The notes beneath the pieces are model-generated. The model had not been told where the DNA came from. It did no database searches and worked only from the letters and a program-made list of their open reading frames with translations. Shown piece after piece: positions 31,532 to 45,900 of a stretch of 64,000 bases of DNA. The first letter of the stretch is position 1. Each line of letters starts with the position of its first letter. The translations under genes were made by a program, and so were the position numbers. The stretch lies in contig NZ_JAQNDL010000001.1 in the NCBI RefSeq assembly GCF_028368995.1, forward strand, positions 3,488,001 through 3,552,000. Direction: 5' to 3'. Source of the stretch: Nannocystis bainbridge. GTDB taxonomy: Bacteria; Myxococcota_A; Polyangia; Nannocystales; Nannocystaceae.

Positions 31532-34500
31532 TCAGGAGGACTTGTCGCCCGGCGGCTTGCCGGGATCGGCCGAACCGTTGGTGCCAGTCTTGCCGTCCTC
31601 GGCGGTCTGCTCCGGCCGGACTTTCAGCAGCGCCTGCAGTTCCGGCTCGAGCTCGCCGTCGTTGGGCCAGGCCTCGTCCTCCAGCACCTCGATGACGATC
31701 CGCTGGTTCGAGAGGTCGCGCTCGTAGCCGGCGCGAGGGGCGCCCGGCCGCCGGTCGTCGTCGAGCTCGCCCCACTCGGTGTCGATCGAGAACACCTCTT
31801 CGTCCTCGTCGGGCACGACCACCACGCGCGTGACCGACGCGTCTTCGTCGTCGTCGAGGTCGTCGTCGGACGGCAGGCGGAACACCGGGCTCGAGACCTC
31901 GGCGCCGCCGAGCGAGCCCATGTCGAAATCGCCGGAGTCGCCCGCCGAGCCGCCGGCCAGCCGCGCCGCCAAACTGACCGGCTCCGACTCGTCGTCGAGG
32001 TCGATGCCCGCCAGCGGGTCCGGGTCGCCGGGGTAGCGACGGATCATCGGCGCGACGATCGAATCCTCCGGGTCGGGCTCCGCCTCGTCGACGTTCACGT
32101 CGAAGCTGCCGCTGGTGTCGGGCCCCTCGAGGATGGTCGCCGGCGCCAGCGACACGCGAGCCAGGCGGGCCCGCTCGCTGTCGAGGAGGCGCTCCAGCTC
32201 GGCGATCTTGGCCTGCGCCTCGACCAGCAGGTTGCGCGTGACGTCGAGCTCGTCGGCGAGATCTTCGTACTGCTCCTTCTGCTTCTCGAGCTGGGCGAGA
32301 CCGGCAGCCAACCGCGCGGCCGAGCGGTCGGTCGCGTCGTTCATCTCCCAGATCTTCTGCTCCGCGGTGTCGAGCTGGAACAGCATGTATTCCATCTCTT
32401 CCGAGCGGATGCCGGCCTCGAGGCGAGAGCGACGCAGGCGGGCGCGCTCGTGCTCGACGATCCGCTGATGCTCGGCCTCGCTGCGGGCCAGCGCCTCGGC
32501 GTGCTCGGCGGCCTGATCGGCCAGCTCGCCGCGCAGATCGAGGATCTCGGCCCGCGCCGCGTCCGACAGCGGCCCCGAGCCTTGACCGATCCGGCTCGCG
32601 CCGAGCGACACGATCTGCTGCAGCTGATCGATCGCTTGGTGCTTGGCCTCGAGCTCGCGGCGCAGGCGGAACAGCTCGACCTCGGCGCCCTGCTTGGCCC
32701 CCGCGAGCCCCTCCATGTCCTGTCGCTGCCGGCGCAGGCGGCCGCGCAGGTGCTCCTGCTCGGCCACGCCTTCCTCGAGCCGGCGCTGCAGCTCGGCCGC
32801 CTCGTCCTCGCGCTCGATCGTCTTGCGCTGCTGGTCGCGCAGGCGCTCCTGCAGGCTGGGCACCGTCTCTTCGAGGCGCTGGATGTGCACCTGCAACACC
32901 GCCAGCTCGCCGCGCAGCTGGGCCGCGAGGGTCGCGTGGTCCTCGACCGAGCGCCGCAGCTCGCGGACCGTGCGGGTCGAGTCGGCCAGCTCGCGGTCGC
33001 GGCGGCGGACGATGTCGGCGGCGGCGCGCTCGCGGGCCCGCAGCTGATCGCGCTGCGCGGTGACCTTCTCGAGCTCTTGCTGACGCGCCGCGTTGTCGAC
33101 CGGCGCCGCCGCCCCGCCGTGCGCCCCGGACTCCGCGCGCGAGCGCAGCCGCTGCTCCTGCGTGTTGTAGAGCCCTTGCAGCTCGGCGTGATCGAGCTCG
33201 AGCTTGCGCAGCTCGTGACCGAGGCGCTCGAGCTCCTGCACCCGGTCCTGCTCGATCGCCCGGCTGCGCTCGACCTGCTCGCGCAGGCGATCGACATCCG
33301 TCACCAGGCGCACGTTCTCGAGGTGCTCGCGCCGGATCTCCTCTTCTTGTTGCAGCACTCGCGTCTCGAGCTCTTGCAGCTCCCCGGTGCGGCGCGCCAG
33401 CTCCTCGCGCAGGCGGTTGCGATCGATCGCCGCGTCGGCGGTGGCGCGGCCGCTCTCGGGCGCGGCCAGCGGGGCGACCTCGTCGACCAGCTCGTGGGTA
33501 GCGACCGCGTTGTCGGCGTCGGGCCGGCGCAGCAGCGCGGCCAGCGAGTGCATGCGGCTGTCCTCTTGGACATGTTGCAGCGACTCGAGGCGGTTCCGCG
33601 CGGCGTGCAGCTCGGCGTCGGTGCGGGCCTTCTCCTCGCGCACGCGATCGAGATCGCTGGCCAGCTTGACCGCGTGCGCCAGCAAGCCCTCGCGCTCGGA
33701 CGAGAAGTTGTTGACGATCTCCCGCAGGCGATCGAGCTCGACGAGCGTCTCCGGGTCGGCGAGGCCCGGCGTGGGTTCGGGGGCCGCGACGACCGGCTCG
33801 GGCTCCGGCTCGTCCTGCGACTCGGGCTCGGGCTCCGGCTCGGGCAGCGGCGCGGGGGCCGAGATCTCGTGCAGCCGCGGCTGCGGGGTGCCGAGCAGGG
33901 CCGAGGCCGACTCGGCGGCGAACAGCGCCACGAGGTCGAAATCAGTGCTCTCGGTCGGCTCGGGCGGCGAGTACTGCCGCGGCCCGGGCGGAGGCTCCGG
34001 CGGCAGCGGCATCGCCGAGATGACCGTCACCTCCCCCATGTCGATCACCGGCGTGAGCGGATCGACCGGGCCGGTCGGCACGATGATGCACTCGCGCAGC
34101 TGGGCGTCGAGCTCCGCCTGCGACGCGATGAGGAGGTAGCGCTGGATCGGCAGCGGCTCGTCGAGCAGGCCCTCGCGCAGCACCGGCACCAGCGCGTCGC
34201 CGGGCGCGGTCGGCAGCAGCGGCGCGATGCTCACGCCTTGCCACTCGAGCTGGGCGAAGGCGCCGACGTGAGCGAAGACGCCGCGGAGATCGTCCTCGAC
34301 CTCCCAGAGGTGATCCGGGTCGGGCTCGACGGCGAGAGCCAAAATGCCACCGTCCCGTAACACTCGCTTCGACTCGAGGATCAGCGCGTGCCGGGCGGAG
34401 GGATCGTGCGTCACGCCGCCCTCGATGCACGTCACGGCGTCGAGGCTGCGATCACGCAGCGGCAGTCGTGACAGCTCCAGCGGGCCCGACCACACTTCGA

Positions 34501-34660
34501 GACCGGGCTCGGCAGGACAGTCGCCGCCGAGCACGAGCACGCGGGCCACACCGGCCGCCGCGAGCCGTCGCGGTCCTTCCGGCCCCCCGGGGAGCACGAC
34601 GGCCACGCGCTTTTGGAGCAGCCAACGCTCCAAAGCTACATATGCGGGCAGGTGGTACAC
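31532..34660 (-). CDS. Degenerate methyltransferase-like N-domain + long coiled-coil protein
   Basis: LPLRDRSLDAVTC...ESKRVLRDGGILAL, Pro/Glu linker, ~500 aa of heptad-rich E/R/L/A, acidic tail. Confidence 0.75.
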   Translation of the reverse strand: MYHLPAYVALERWLLQKRVAVVLPGGPEGPRRLAAAGVARVLVLGGDCPAEPGLEVWSGPLELSRLPLRDRSLDAVTCIEGGVTHDPSARHALILESKRVLRDGGILALAVEPDPDHLWEVEDDLRGVFAHVGAFAQLEWQGVSIAPLLPTAPGDALVPVLREGLLDEPLPIQRYLLIASQAELDAQLRECIIVPTGPVDPLTPVIDMGEVTVISAMPLPPEPPPGPRQYSPPEPTESTDFDLVALFAAESASALLGTPQPRLHEISAPAPLPEPEPEPESQDEPEPEPVVAAPEPTPGLADPETLVELDRLREIVNNFSSEREGLLAHAVKLASDLDRVREEKARTDAELHAARNRLESLQHVQEDSRMHSLAALLRRPDADNAVATHELVDEVAPLAAPESGRATADAAIDRNRLREELARRTGELQELETRVLQQEEEIRREHLENVRLVTDVDRLREQVERSRAIEQDRVQELERLGHELRKLELDHAELQGLYNTQEQRLRSRAESGAHGGAAAPVDNAARQQELEKVTAQRDQLRARERAAADIVRRRDRELADSTRTVRELRRSVEDHATLAAQLRGELAVLQVHIQRLEETVPSLQERLRDQQRKTIEREDEAAELQRRLEEGVAEQEHLRGRLRRQRQDMEGLAGAKQGAEVELFRLRRELEAKHQAIDQLQQIVSLGASRIGQGSGPLSDAARAEILDLRGELADQAAEHAEALARSEAEHQRIVEHERARLRRSRLEAGIRSEEMEYMLFQLDTAEQKIWEMNDATDRSAARLAAGLAQLEKQKEQYEDLADELDVTRNLLVEAQAKIAELERLLDSERARLARVSLAPATILEGPDTSGSFDVNVDEAEPDPEDSIVAPMIRRYPGDPDPLAGIDLDDESEPVSLAARLAGGSAGDSGDFDMGSLGGAEVSSPVFRLPSDDDLDDDEDASVTRVVVVPDEDEEVFSIDTEWGELDDDRRPGAPRAGYERDLSNQRIVIEVLEDEAWPNDGELEPELQALLKVRPEQTAEDGKTGTNGSADPGKPPGDKSS

Positions 34661-34953
34661 GAGTAGGGGACTTTGGCCCCGGCATCATACTGCAAGGGCC
34701 GTCGCTTTCCCCCCAGAGACAGCGGTGGCGCAAACGCGCGCGGCGGTCCGCACGCGGGCCGGAGAGGCCGGGTCCGCGGCCGAACTCGCGGGCCAGCCCC
34801 GGCCCCGACGGCAGACCGGCGCGGGCGGGGGGGCCGGGCCGACGCGGCCCGAGACGGACCCGGGGGCGCGTCGCGGTCGATCGTCCGGCTCGCGATGGAA
34901 CGACGAGGGCGGTTGATCCGCGGATTTACCTGCCCTACGATGCGGAATCGTCG

Positions 34954-36552
<1,599 letters not shown>

Positions 36553-36560
36553 GGCCGCGC

Positions 36561-36760
36561 GAGGAGGCGAGGCCGCGCGAGCGGAGGCGAGGCCACGCGA
36601 GCGGTGTTGCTGTCGCGCGTGCGGTGTTGCTGTCGCGCGTGCGGTGTTGCTGTCGCGCGCGCGGCGTTGCAGTCGCGCGAGCGGTGTTGCGACCGCGTGA
36701 GCAGAAGTACCGTCGCGCGAGCAGAGCTGAGTCCGCGCGAGCGAGCTGCGGTCGCGCAAG
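36561..36760. repeat. 20-bp-period minisatellite
   Basis: GCGGTGTTGCTGTCGCGCGT x2 exact at 36601/36621, near-exact at 36641/36661, diverging units on both sides (about 10 units). Confidence 0.85.
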
Positions 36761-36934
36761 CGGAGTCGCGGCTGCGCCAGCGGAGCCGAGGCCGCGGCAG
36801 CGAAGCCGAGTGATGGGCTGCCCGCGCCCGGATGTCGGAGCCACGGGATCACGGGCTTTCCCTTGGTGACGGGAGGCGTCGCGCGATCGCCTTCGGTCTC
36901 ACCCGCCCTGCCCCGCCCGCCTGGCGACCAAACG

Positions 36935-36964
36935 CCGAGAGGGCGGCCTGGGCCGCCCTCTCGG
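36935..36964 (-). terminator. Hairpin downstream of gltI
   Basis: 13-bp stem CCGAGAGGGCGGC/GCCGCCCTCTCGG followed by CGTTT on the minus strand. Confidence 0.6.
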
Positions 36965-36995
36965 ACATGTCCTTACGGACAGCTCACTGTCGATT

Positions 36996-39900
36996 TCAGG
37001 CGACCGATACGCCGATGCCCTTGCGCGCCTTGAAGTAGTCCTCGCTGATGCTGTAGAGGACCAGCTCCTTGATCTTGTCCTTCGGCGTCATCGACGAGCC
37101 GAACGCGGCCTGCTCCTGGGAGATCAGGTGTGCGGCGGTGATGAGGTCGTCGCACAGCAGGAAGCCGATGCGATAGGCGGTGATCTCGGTGCCGAGGGCC
37201 CACTTCTTGACGTCGGTGGAACCGCCGGCCTCGACGAAGCGGCGCATGAGGCTGCGCATCTGGTCGCGGGCGTTGGCCGGCAGGCGCGAGAGGATCTCGC
37301 GGGCGATCTGGTCGAGCTCCTGACGGTTGCCGCCGGTCTCCATGTCGCACATGTGCATGCAAGCGAGGAACACCTGCTTGAGGTTCTGCGGCGAGCGGTC
37401 GAGCGCGACGTAGGCGTAGTGCGGCAGGTAGAGGTCGGCCATGTAGCGGCCGAGGGCGAAGGCGAGGTGCTTCTCGTTCTTGCCCTTCAGCAGGTTCTGG
37501 AACACGACCATCGTCGGGTGGACGCGACCGTCGCGCTGCGCGTTGAGCAGCGAGACGTCGCCGGGGTCTTCCGGCCGGAGGTAGAGGTCCGGCTGGCCGA
37601 CGTTGAGCAGCTGCATGACGTACTTGGCCATGCGGGACACCGGCGCGGGGTCGGTGTTGATGTCCGTGCGCTCGTTGGGCTTGAGGTACGCGGGCAGCGG
37701 GTTGGCGCGCCAGGCCGCGATCGCCGGGGCGATCGAGCCGAGGATGCCGGTGAGGTACAGGTCCTCGTCCGGGTGGAACACGTGGCGGCGGAGGATCTCC
37801 TCCGAGAGCCGCTGACGCGCCTGCCGGAACTCGTTCGACGCGTACTTGTCGTGGATCTGCTGCTCCTCGGGCGTGGCCTGCTTGAGGAACACCAGCGTCC
37901 GCGCCAGGCAGTACGCCTTATCGAACTGATTGCTCTTCCGGTAGATGTTGAAGAGCGCGTGGTAGCTCTCGTAGCGGAAGGGCTCCTGGGCGATGAGGAT
38001 CTGGTGCTCCTTGACCGCCTGGGTCGCGTACTCCTGCGGGTTGTCCTGCATGAGCGCCTCGTAGAGCTCGGCCAGCAGGTAGTGCCGCTCGGTGTTGCCC
38101 GGGTCGAGCTTGGCCGCGACCTCGAAGGCCGCGGTGGCCGCCTTGAAGTCCTTCAGGCGCGTCCGGTAGATCTCCGCGAGGTTCGACCACAGGGTGATCT
38201 TCAGGTCGCCCATGCTGTCGGCCGGGAGCCGCTTCAGCATCTTCCGGTACGACCGCTCGAGGGTCTTCCAGTCCTTCGACTTGGTGACCATCGCGTCGAT
38301 CGCCTGGAACGCCTTCAGGTACGCCGGGTCGTCGTCGAGCACCGAGTTGAAGCGGTCGATCGACTCGTCGTGGGCCTTGAGCTCGTCGCGGAGCAGCACC
38401 GCCGCGGTGTAGTTGTACTTCGAGCGCCGCTTGGGATCCTTCTCGATCTCGACGATGCGGTCGATGATCCGGATCGACTCCTCCCACTGCTTGTTGCGGG
38501 TGTAGATGTCCAGCAACGTGTGCAGCAGCGGGTAGTCCTTCGGCTGCAGGTCGAGGGCGTTCTGGTAGGCGGCTGCCGCCTTCTGCCAGTTGCCCAGCTT
38601 CTCGAGGTACAGCTTGCCGATCTCGTTGTAGATCGCCGCCTGCTGATCGCCGGTGGCGGCCACGTCGATCATGGCCCGCTTGGCCTGGATGACGCCCTCC
38701 CAGTCGCCCGCGCCCGTCTGCAGCTCGATGACCGCGTTCAGGGTGGCGAGGTCGTGCGGGTCCACCTCGAGCGCCTTCTCGAGGTAGTTGAGGGCCTTCC
38801 GCGGCTCGTTCTGCCGCTTCTTGATCATGCCGAGGCGGTAGTAGACGAGGACCGTCTCGGACGAGCTCTGGGTGTCGCGGTGCTGGACCAGGATCGTCTG
38901 GTACAGCTTGAACGCCTTCTCCCAGTCCTCCTTCTCGAACAGCAGGTCGGCCATGCCGACGAGCACCTCGCGGTTGGTCGCGTCGATGTCGTAGGCGCGC
39001 TTGAACTGCTTGAGCGACTTGTCGCTGTTGCCGAGCTTGCGAGCGACCTTGGCCGCGCGCAGGTAGAGGTCGCGCTGGTCCTGGTCGCCGAGCCCGAGCT
39101 GGTCGGCCTTGCGGGTCAGGACGTCGAAGATCGGGTCGGCGTCGGCGAAGCGACCCTCGTCGTAGTAGATCTGGCCGATCACGCGGCCGACCTTGACGTG
39201 CTCCGGATCGAGCTTGAGCACCTCGGCGAACAGCGCGACGGCCTTCTCCTTGTTCTCGAGCTCCTCGTAGTAGATGAAGCCGGCCTCGGCCGCGAGCGCG
39301 ATCTTCTCGAGCTTGGTGTTCGAGTAGCCGAACGCCGCCTCGAGGTTGCGAGCCGCCTTGAGCCAGTCGCGCCGGCCCTTGTACAGCTCTGCCAGGCTGA
39401 CGATCGCCGGCACGTAGCCCGGATCGATCTCGGTCGCCTGGGTCAGGCGCCGCTCGGCCTCGTCGAGCTGGCCCAGCTTCTCCTGGTAGACCTGGCCCAT
39501 GCGGGTCAGGTGCTGCACGCGGACCGGGGGGTCGCGCGACAGCTCGACCAGGCGCGCCAACGTCTTGAGCGCGGCCGGCCAGTCCTCGATCTGCTCCTGC
39601 AGGCGAGCGAGCGTGACCGCAGAGTCGAAGTGCTGCGGGTTCAGCTCGAGGATCTCGCTGTAGGTCTCGATCGCGCGGTCGATGTCCTGGATCTGCTTCT
39701 CGTAGACCTGACCCATCGCCACCAACAGGTCGGTCTTGGCGGCGGGCGCCGTCGTGACCACGATGTGGTTGCGGTAGGTCTCGACCAGCTCGGTCCACTT
39801 CTCGAGCCTGGTGTACAGGTCCTCGAGCTGGCGGTAGGTCGCGTCGCGGTACTTGTCGAGGAGGAGGATCTTCTCCAACGCCTCGGCCGCCCGCGCCGGG

Positions 39901-42900
39901 TCCTGCGCCAGGTTGACGTGCGCGGCCGCCATGCGGTCGTAGATGCCGATCTGCTCGTCACGCACCGTGGTGGTGTCGAGCTCGGCCTCGAGCACGCCGA
40001 GGTACTGCGGGACGTTGCCGCCCGCCAGGTACAGGCGCTCGAGCGCAGCCAGAGCCTCGCGGTCACCCGGCTCCGAGTCGACGATGGTCCGGTAGGTCTC
40101 GATCGCCGCCGTGGCGTCGCCGAGCTGACCCTCCTGCACGCCGCCGATGCGCTTGCGCAGGGCGATGACCTGCTCCGGCTCGTCGAGGGTGCCGACGCGC
40201 CGCTCGAGCACACCGACCAGGTCCTGCCACTGACCCTGGTTCTGATGGAGCCGGGCCAGCGCGTCGAGGGCGTTGATGTTCTCGCCGTCGATCTCGAGCA
40301 CCTTGCGGTAGCTCTCGATCGCCGCCGGGATGTCGCCGAGCCCGCCGTCCTGGACCTCCGCCAGCTGCGTCAGCGTGCGGATCTGGATGTTCGGGTCGGT
40401 CTCGAGCGGGACGATCCGCGCCAGCGTCTTGGCCAGCTCGACGTTGTTCATCGCCCGGCGGTAGAAGCCGGCCTGCTCGCGCAGCGCGTTGATGTTGTTG
40501 GCGTTGAGCTTGAGCGCCTCTTCGAGCGACTTGAGGCCGTAGTCGACGCGGTTGAGGTGCTCGCCGTACCAGCGACCGATCTTCACCCACAGCTCGGCCT
40601 GCTCGCCCTTGTCGGGGATCGAGCGGACGATGCCGTTGTACTCGTTGAGCAGCTCGCCCCACTTGTTGGCCTGGGTGGCGAGGCGCTCGAGCTCGCGCGA
40701 GGTGTCCTCGTTGGCGTAGTCGATGTTGAACGCGTACTTGAGGACCTCGAAGGCGTTGCCCGGGTCTTCCTGGTTCTCCTCGAAGACCTTCGCCATCTTC
40801 TGGTAGGTCGTGACCTTGAACTTGGCGTCTTCGAAGATCTCGACCTGACGCAGGTAGAGGTCGATGAGGTCGCCCCACGCCTCGGTCTCGCGGTAGATGA
40901 CCTCCAGCGCCTCGTGAGCCGGCATGTAGGCCTGGTCGAGGTCGAGGATCTCGAGGTAGGCGCCGGCCGCCTCGGTCTTGTTGCCGAGCTGCTGCTCCCA
41001 GATCGCGGCGATCTGCATGAGCACGTCGATCTTCTCGGGCGCCGACTCGACGACCTTGCGCTTCTTCTCGAGGACGCGGATGACCTCGTCCCAGCTGGCC
41101 TCGCTGCTGTGCAGGCGCTCGAGCGCCGCCAGAGCCTCGAGGCTGGTCGGCTCGAGCTCGAGGACGTGGCGCCAGGCAGCGATCGCCGCCTGGGTGTCCA
41201 TGAGGTACTCGGCCTGGATGCGGCCGACCTGGGCGTAGTAGGCGCGGAGCTGCTCCGTGCCGAGGGCGTCAGGGCCGAGCTCGATCAGGTTGGCGAGCAC
41301 GTCGTTGAGCTCGACCCAGGACTCGTTGCGCTGGTAGATCGCGTGGAGCGCGGTCAGCGTCTCGAGATCGCGGCCGTTGAGCTCGCGGGCGTTGAGCCAG
41401 GCGTCGAGGCTGTTGCGCTCCTTGCCGAGCCGGTCGCCGTAGACGAGGGCCAGCTGCTGGTAGATCGCAACCTTCTCGGTCGGGTCCTCGACCGCGAACA
41501 CCTGCCGCTCGAGCACCTCAGCGAGGTCCTCCCACCGCTGCGAACGCTCGTGCAGCACGGCCAGCTCGCCCAGCGCGAGCGGGTCCTCGCCGCGCAGCTC
41601 GAGCACCTTGCCCCACAGGTCGACAGCGTTCTCCTCACGGTCGAGCGCCTCGGCCGCGATCTTCGCCATGCGCTGGTAGCAGGCCGCGGTGTCCTCGTCG
41701 GTGTTGGCGATCGCCGCGGTCCGCTCGTACGTCTTGTACAGGTCCTCCCAGCGGGCGGCGCTGAGGTACAGGGCCTCGAGCCGCTCGAGGGCGCGGAGGT
41801 TGTTGCCGTCGATGTCGAGGGCGCGGTTGTAAGCGGCGATCGCCGCCTCGGGGTTGGCCAGCCACTGCTCGAAGGCGGCGGCAAGGCGCATCTCGAGGTC
41901 GACGAGGACCTCGCCGTCCATGGTCGCCTGGATCCGGCGCTGAAGGATCTCGGCGAGCTCCTCCCAACGGCCGGTCTGGGTGTACAGGCGGTCGAGCGCC
42001 TGCAGGCCGTCGCCGTGGTCGGGCACCAGCGCGAGCAGGCGGTTGTAGACCTCGATGGCCCGCGCGCGGTCGCCGAGCCGGGTCTCGAGGACCTGTCCCG
42101 AACGACTGAGCACGGCGACCCTCGCGTCCTGCGAGAGGTTCGGGTTCTCGAGGATCTGCTCGCCGACGTCGACGATGTAGCCCCACTCCTGCGTGGCCTC
42201 GGCGAGGCGCTCGATCTCCTCGGCGACGCGCTCGCTGAGCGGGTCGTCCATGTACGCCCGCAGCCACCAGTAGAACGCCTGGCCCGGGTCGCCCAGCTGC
42301 TGCTCGCAGATCTGCGCGGTGTTCTCGATGATCTGCAGCCGCTCCGCGGTGTCGGCGGTGGCGTTGAGCTTGACGTCCGCGAGCTTGATCAGCGCGTCCC
42401 AGTTGCGGGACGCCTGGTACAGCGGCTCGAGGATCGAGCCGATCTCGCTCTGGTGCTCGCCCTCGGCGAAGATGAGCTCGAGCGTCGCCTGCGTGGCCGA
42501 GCTGTCGGGGTCGATCTCGAGGATCGTCCGGTAGGCCTCGATGGCCTTCGGCAGGTCCTGGATGTTGTTCTGGTAGATCTGGCCCATGCGGTACTGCAGG
42601 GCGATGATCTCCTGCTCGTCCGCGGTGATGGCGATCTGCCGGCGCAGGTTCTCGACCAGCGGCTGCCAGCGCTCGAGCCCGGAGTAGATCCGATCGAGCT
42701 GGGCGATCGCGTCGCTGTTCTCACCGTCGATGTCGAGGATCGCCAGGTAGCGCTCGATCGCGTCGTCGATGCGGTTCAGCTTGGTCTCGAGCACGCCCGC
42801 GAGGCGGTGCAGCATGCCGACCTTGGTCGCCGGATCGGGGATCGCGGCGGCCTGCTCGGCCAGCAGGCTAGCGAGCTTCTCGTGGTCGCCCGTGACCTCG

Positions 42901-45900
42901 GCGAGGCGGTGGAGCTGGCCCAGAGTCGCCTCATGGGTCGGCTCGATCACCAGCGCGCGAGCGTAGGCGGCGAACGCCTGCTCGAACTGCTGCAGCTGCC
43001 GCTCGTGGATCGCGGCGATCTGGTGCAGCAGCTCGATCTGCTGCGCCGGATCCTGGGTCTGCCTGACCATCACCTCGTAGATGTCGACCAGCTTCTCCCA
43101 CTCGGCGAGCTGGTTGTAGAACGGCGCCAGGACCTCGGCGGCCAGCATCGGCTGGTCCTCGCCGTGGACGATGCGGTCGAGCGCGGCGATCGTCGGCGCG
43201 TGGTCGGGGGCGTGCGCGAGGGTGTCGCGGTAGGCCTCGACGGCGCGGACGATGTCGGCGAGCTGGGTCTCGTAGAGCCCGCCGATCCGGTGACGCAGCG
43301 CGGTCTTCTCGTCGCGCTGCGGCGCGACCTCGACGGCCCGCTCGAGGATCCCGAGCTGGTCCTGCCAGCGCTCGGCCTGCCCGTAGAGGCGGTCGAGCGC
43401 CTGGATGGCGTCGTAGTCGGCCGGCTCGAGGTCGAGGATCGAGCGATAGGTCTCGATCGCCTGCTCGACGTCCTTGAGCTTCTCGTCGTAGATCGGGCCG
43501 AGCTGGTGCAGCCAGTAGCGCCGGTGCTCGGGGGACTCCGCCAGCTCGGTCTTGCGGCGGTAGATGTCCTTGAGGTTCTCCCAAGCCTCGGTCTGCGTGA
43601 ACAGCTTGGCGAGGGCGTCGAGCGCCGAGGCGTCGGCGTCGTCGAGCGCGAGGACCTGCTGGTACAGGGCGATCGCGCCGGCCGGGTCTTCCATGGCCGT
43701 CTCGCGCGTCTGCGCGGCGTAGAGGAGGAGCGCCTTGCGGTCGGCGACCTCGGTGACCATCTCCGACTTGCGCACCACCGCCTCGACCAGCGACCCGAAG
43801 TTCGAGTTCTTGAGGTGGAGGTTGATGAGCGCGTCGACGGCCTCGAAGTTGCCGGGGTCGACGCCGAGGATCCGCTCGTAGCTCGAGGCGGCCTTGGCCG
43901 GGTCCTCGATCACGAGCTCGTAGATCTGGGCGATCTTTACCAGCAAGCGGATGATGAGGGCGTCGTCGACGATGTCGGGGATCGACTCGTCGTAGAGGGC
44001 GACGAGGCGCGGGTAGTCCTCGAGCTGGCGGGCCAGCGTCTCGAGCCGCTCCTGCGTGGTGGCGTTGCTGGGATCGACCTTGAAGGCGCGACCGAGAGCG
44101 TCGAACGCCTTGCTCGGCTCCTCGCCGGCGATCTCGTACAGCTCGGCGATGCGGTGCAGCAGGCCGATCTTCTCCTCGGCGTCGGAGGCGTGCGTCACCA
44201 TGATCTCGTACGCCTGGATCAGCCGCGGCCAATTGTTGTTGACGCGGTAGAACGGCTCGAGGGTCTTGGCGACGGTGAGCTGCTGCTGCTCGTGGGTCAG
44301 CAGCGTCTCGAGGGCGCCGAGCGCGGTGGCGTTGCCGGCGTCGAGCGCGAGCACGCGGTGGTAGGTCTCGACGGCCTGGCCGGCCTGCTCGAGCTTGGTG
44401 AGGCGGAGGTCGCCGAGGCGGAGGTTGAGCTCGATCTGCTTGTCGGGGTCGTTCGACAGCGTCAGCTGGCGCTCGAGGTTCTCGGCCAGCTCGGTCCAGG
44501 CCTCGCGCGCGAGGTAGAGCCGGTCGAGGGCGACGATCGCCTGCAGGTTCTCGAACTCGTCGGCGAGGATCTCGTTGTAGGTCGCGATCGCCTCCTCCTT
44601 CTGGCCGAGCATCTCGTCCTGAAGGTAGGCGATGCGGAACCGCAGCTCCTGACGCTTGCTGCCGTCATTGGTGAGCGGGATCTGGCTGCGGTACACGCCG
44701 AGCAGCTCGCCCCAGTTCTGGTCGCGGCTGTAGAGCTTCTCGAGCGCCTCGAGGGCATCGACGTTGTCGGCGTCGACCTCGAGCGCCTTCTTGAAGTTCT
44801 CGATCGCCTTGGGCGCGTTGCCGATGCGCTGGTCGTACAGGCCGGCCAGGCGCATGAGCAGGGTGCGCTGCAGCTCGCTCGGCAGGTCGCCGGCGACCGC
44901 CTCCTCGAACAGCGCGGCGTAGTCGGCGTAGCGGTTCTCGAGGTGGGCGAGCTTCTCGAGCTCCTCCTGCGCGGCCTCGTTGCGCGGGTCGTGGCGGAAC
45001 GCGCGGCTGTAGGCGTCGAACGCCGCCGCGGTGTTGCCGATGTTGTTGGCCAGGATGCCGCCGATCTGCAGCAGCAAGCCGACGCGCTCGTCGACGGTGC
45101 CGGCCGCGGCGACCTGGATCTCGAGCGTCTGGACCATCTTCGGCCAGTCGAGCAGGCGCTCGTAGACCGGGAGCAGGATGCCGGCCACCGTGGTCTTGAG
45201 CGCGTCGTCCTCGAGGTAGCCCTCGAGCCGCTTGCGCGCCTCCTCGTTGGCGGCGTCGACGTCGAGGACCTGACGGAACAGGTCCACGGCCTCGGGCGCC
45301 GAGTTCAGCTTGTCCTGCTGGACGATGCCGAGGCGGAGCAGCAGGGTCGCGCGGGCCTCGATCTCGTCGGGCGCGGTGACGTCGAGCTCGCGCCGCAGGA
45401 TGTCGGCGAGCTCGTTCCACTTGCCCTGACCGAGGTAGAGGCGGTCGAGCGCGGCGAGCACGGTCGGGTCCTCGACGCCGGTGGCGAGCACGGCCTCGTA
45501 GGCGGTGACGGCCTGGTCGACGTGACCGAGCTGCTCGTGGATGCTGCCGATGCGGGTCTGGATCGCGCGGCGGTCGTCGTCGTTGCCGGCGAGCGAGAGC
45601 TGGGTGCGGAGGACGTTGAGCAGGTCCTCTTCACGGCCGAGCGCGAGGTAGAGCCGCTCGAGCGAGGCGAGCGCGGTCGCCTCCTCGGCGTTGATCTCGA
45701 GGATCGCCTGGTTGGCGGCCAGGGCCGCCTCGAGGTCGCTCGAGCGCTTCTCGTAGATCTCGGCCAGCTTGAGCCGCAGCGGGATGCTGTCGGGGTCGGT
45801 GCCGTACTTCTCGATCGCGGCGCGCAGCGACTCGATCTGCTCGGTCCAGGCGCCGATCGACTCGCCGAGGCGGAACAGGTGCTCGCGCGTGTCGGCCTGC

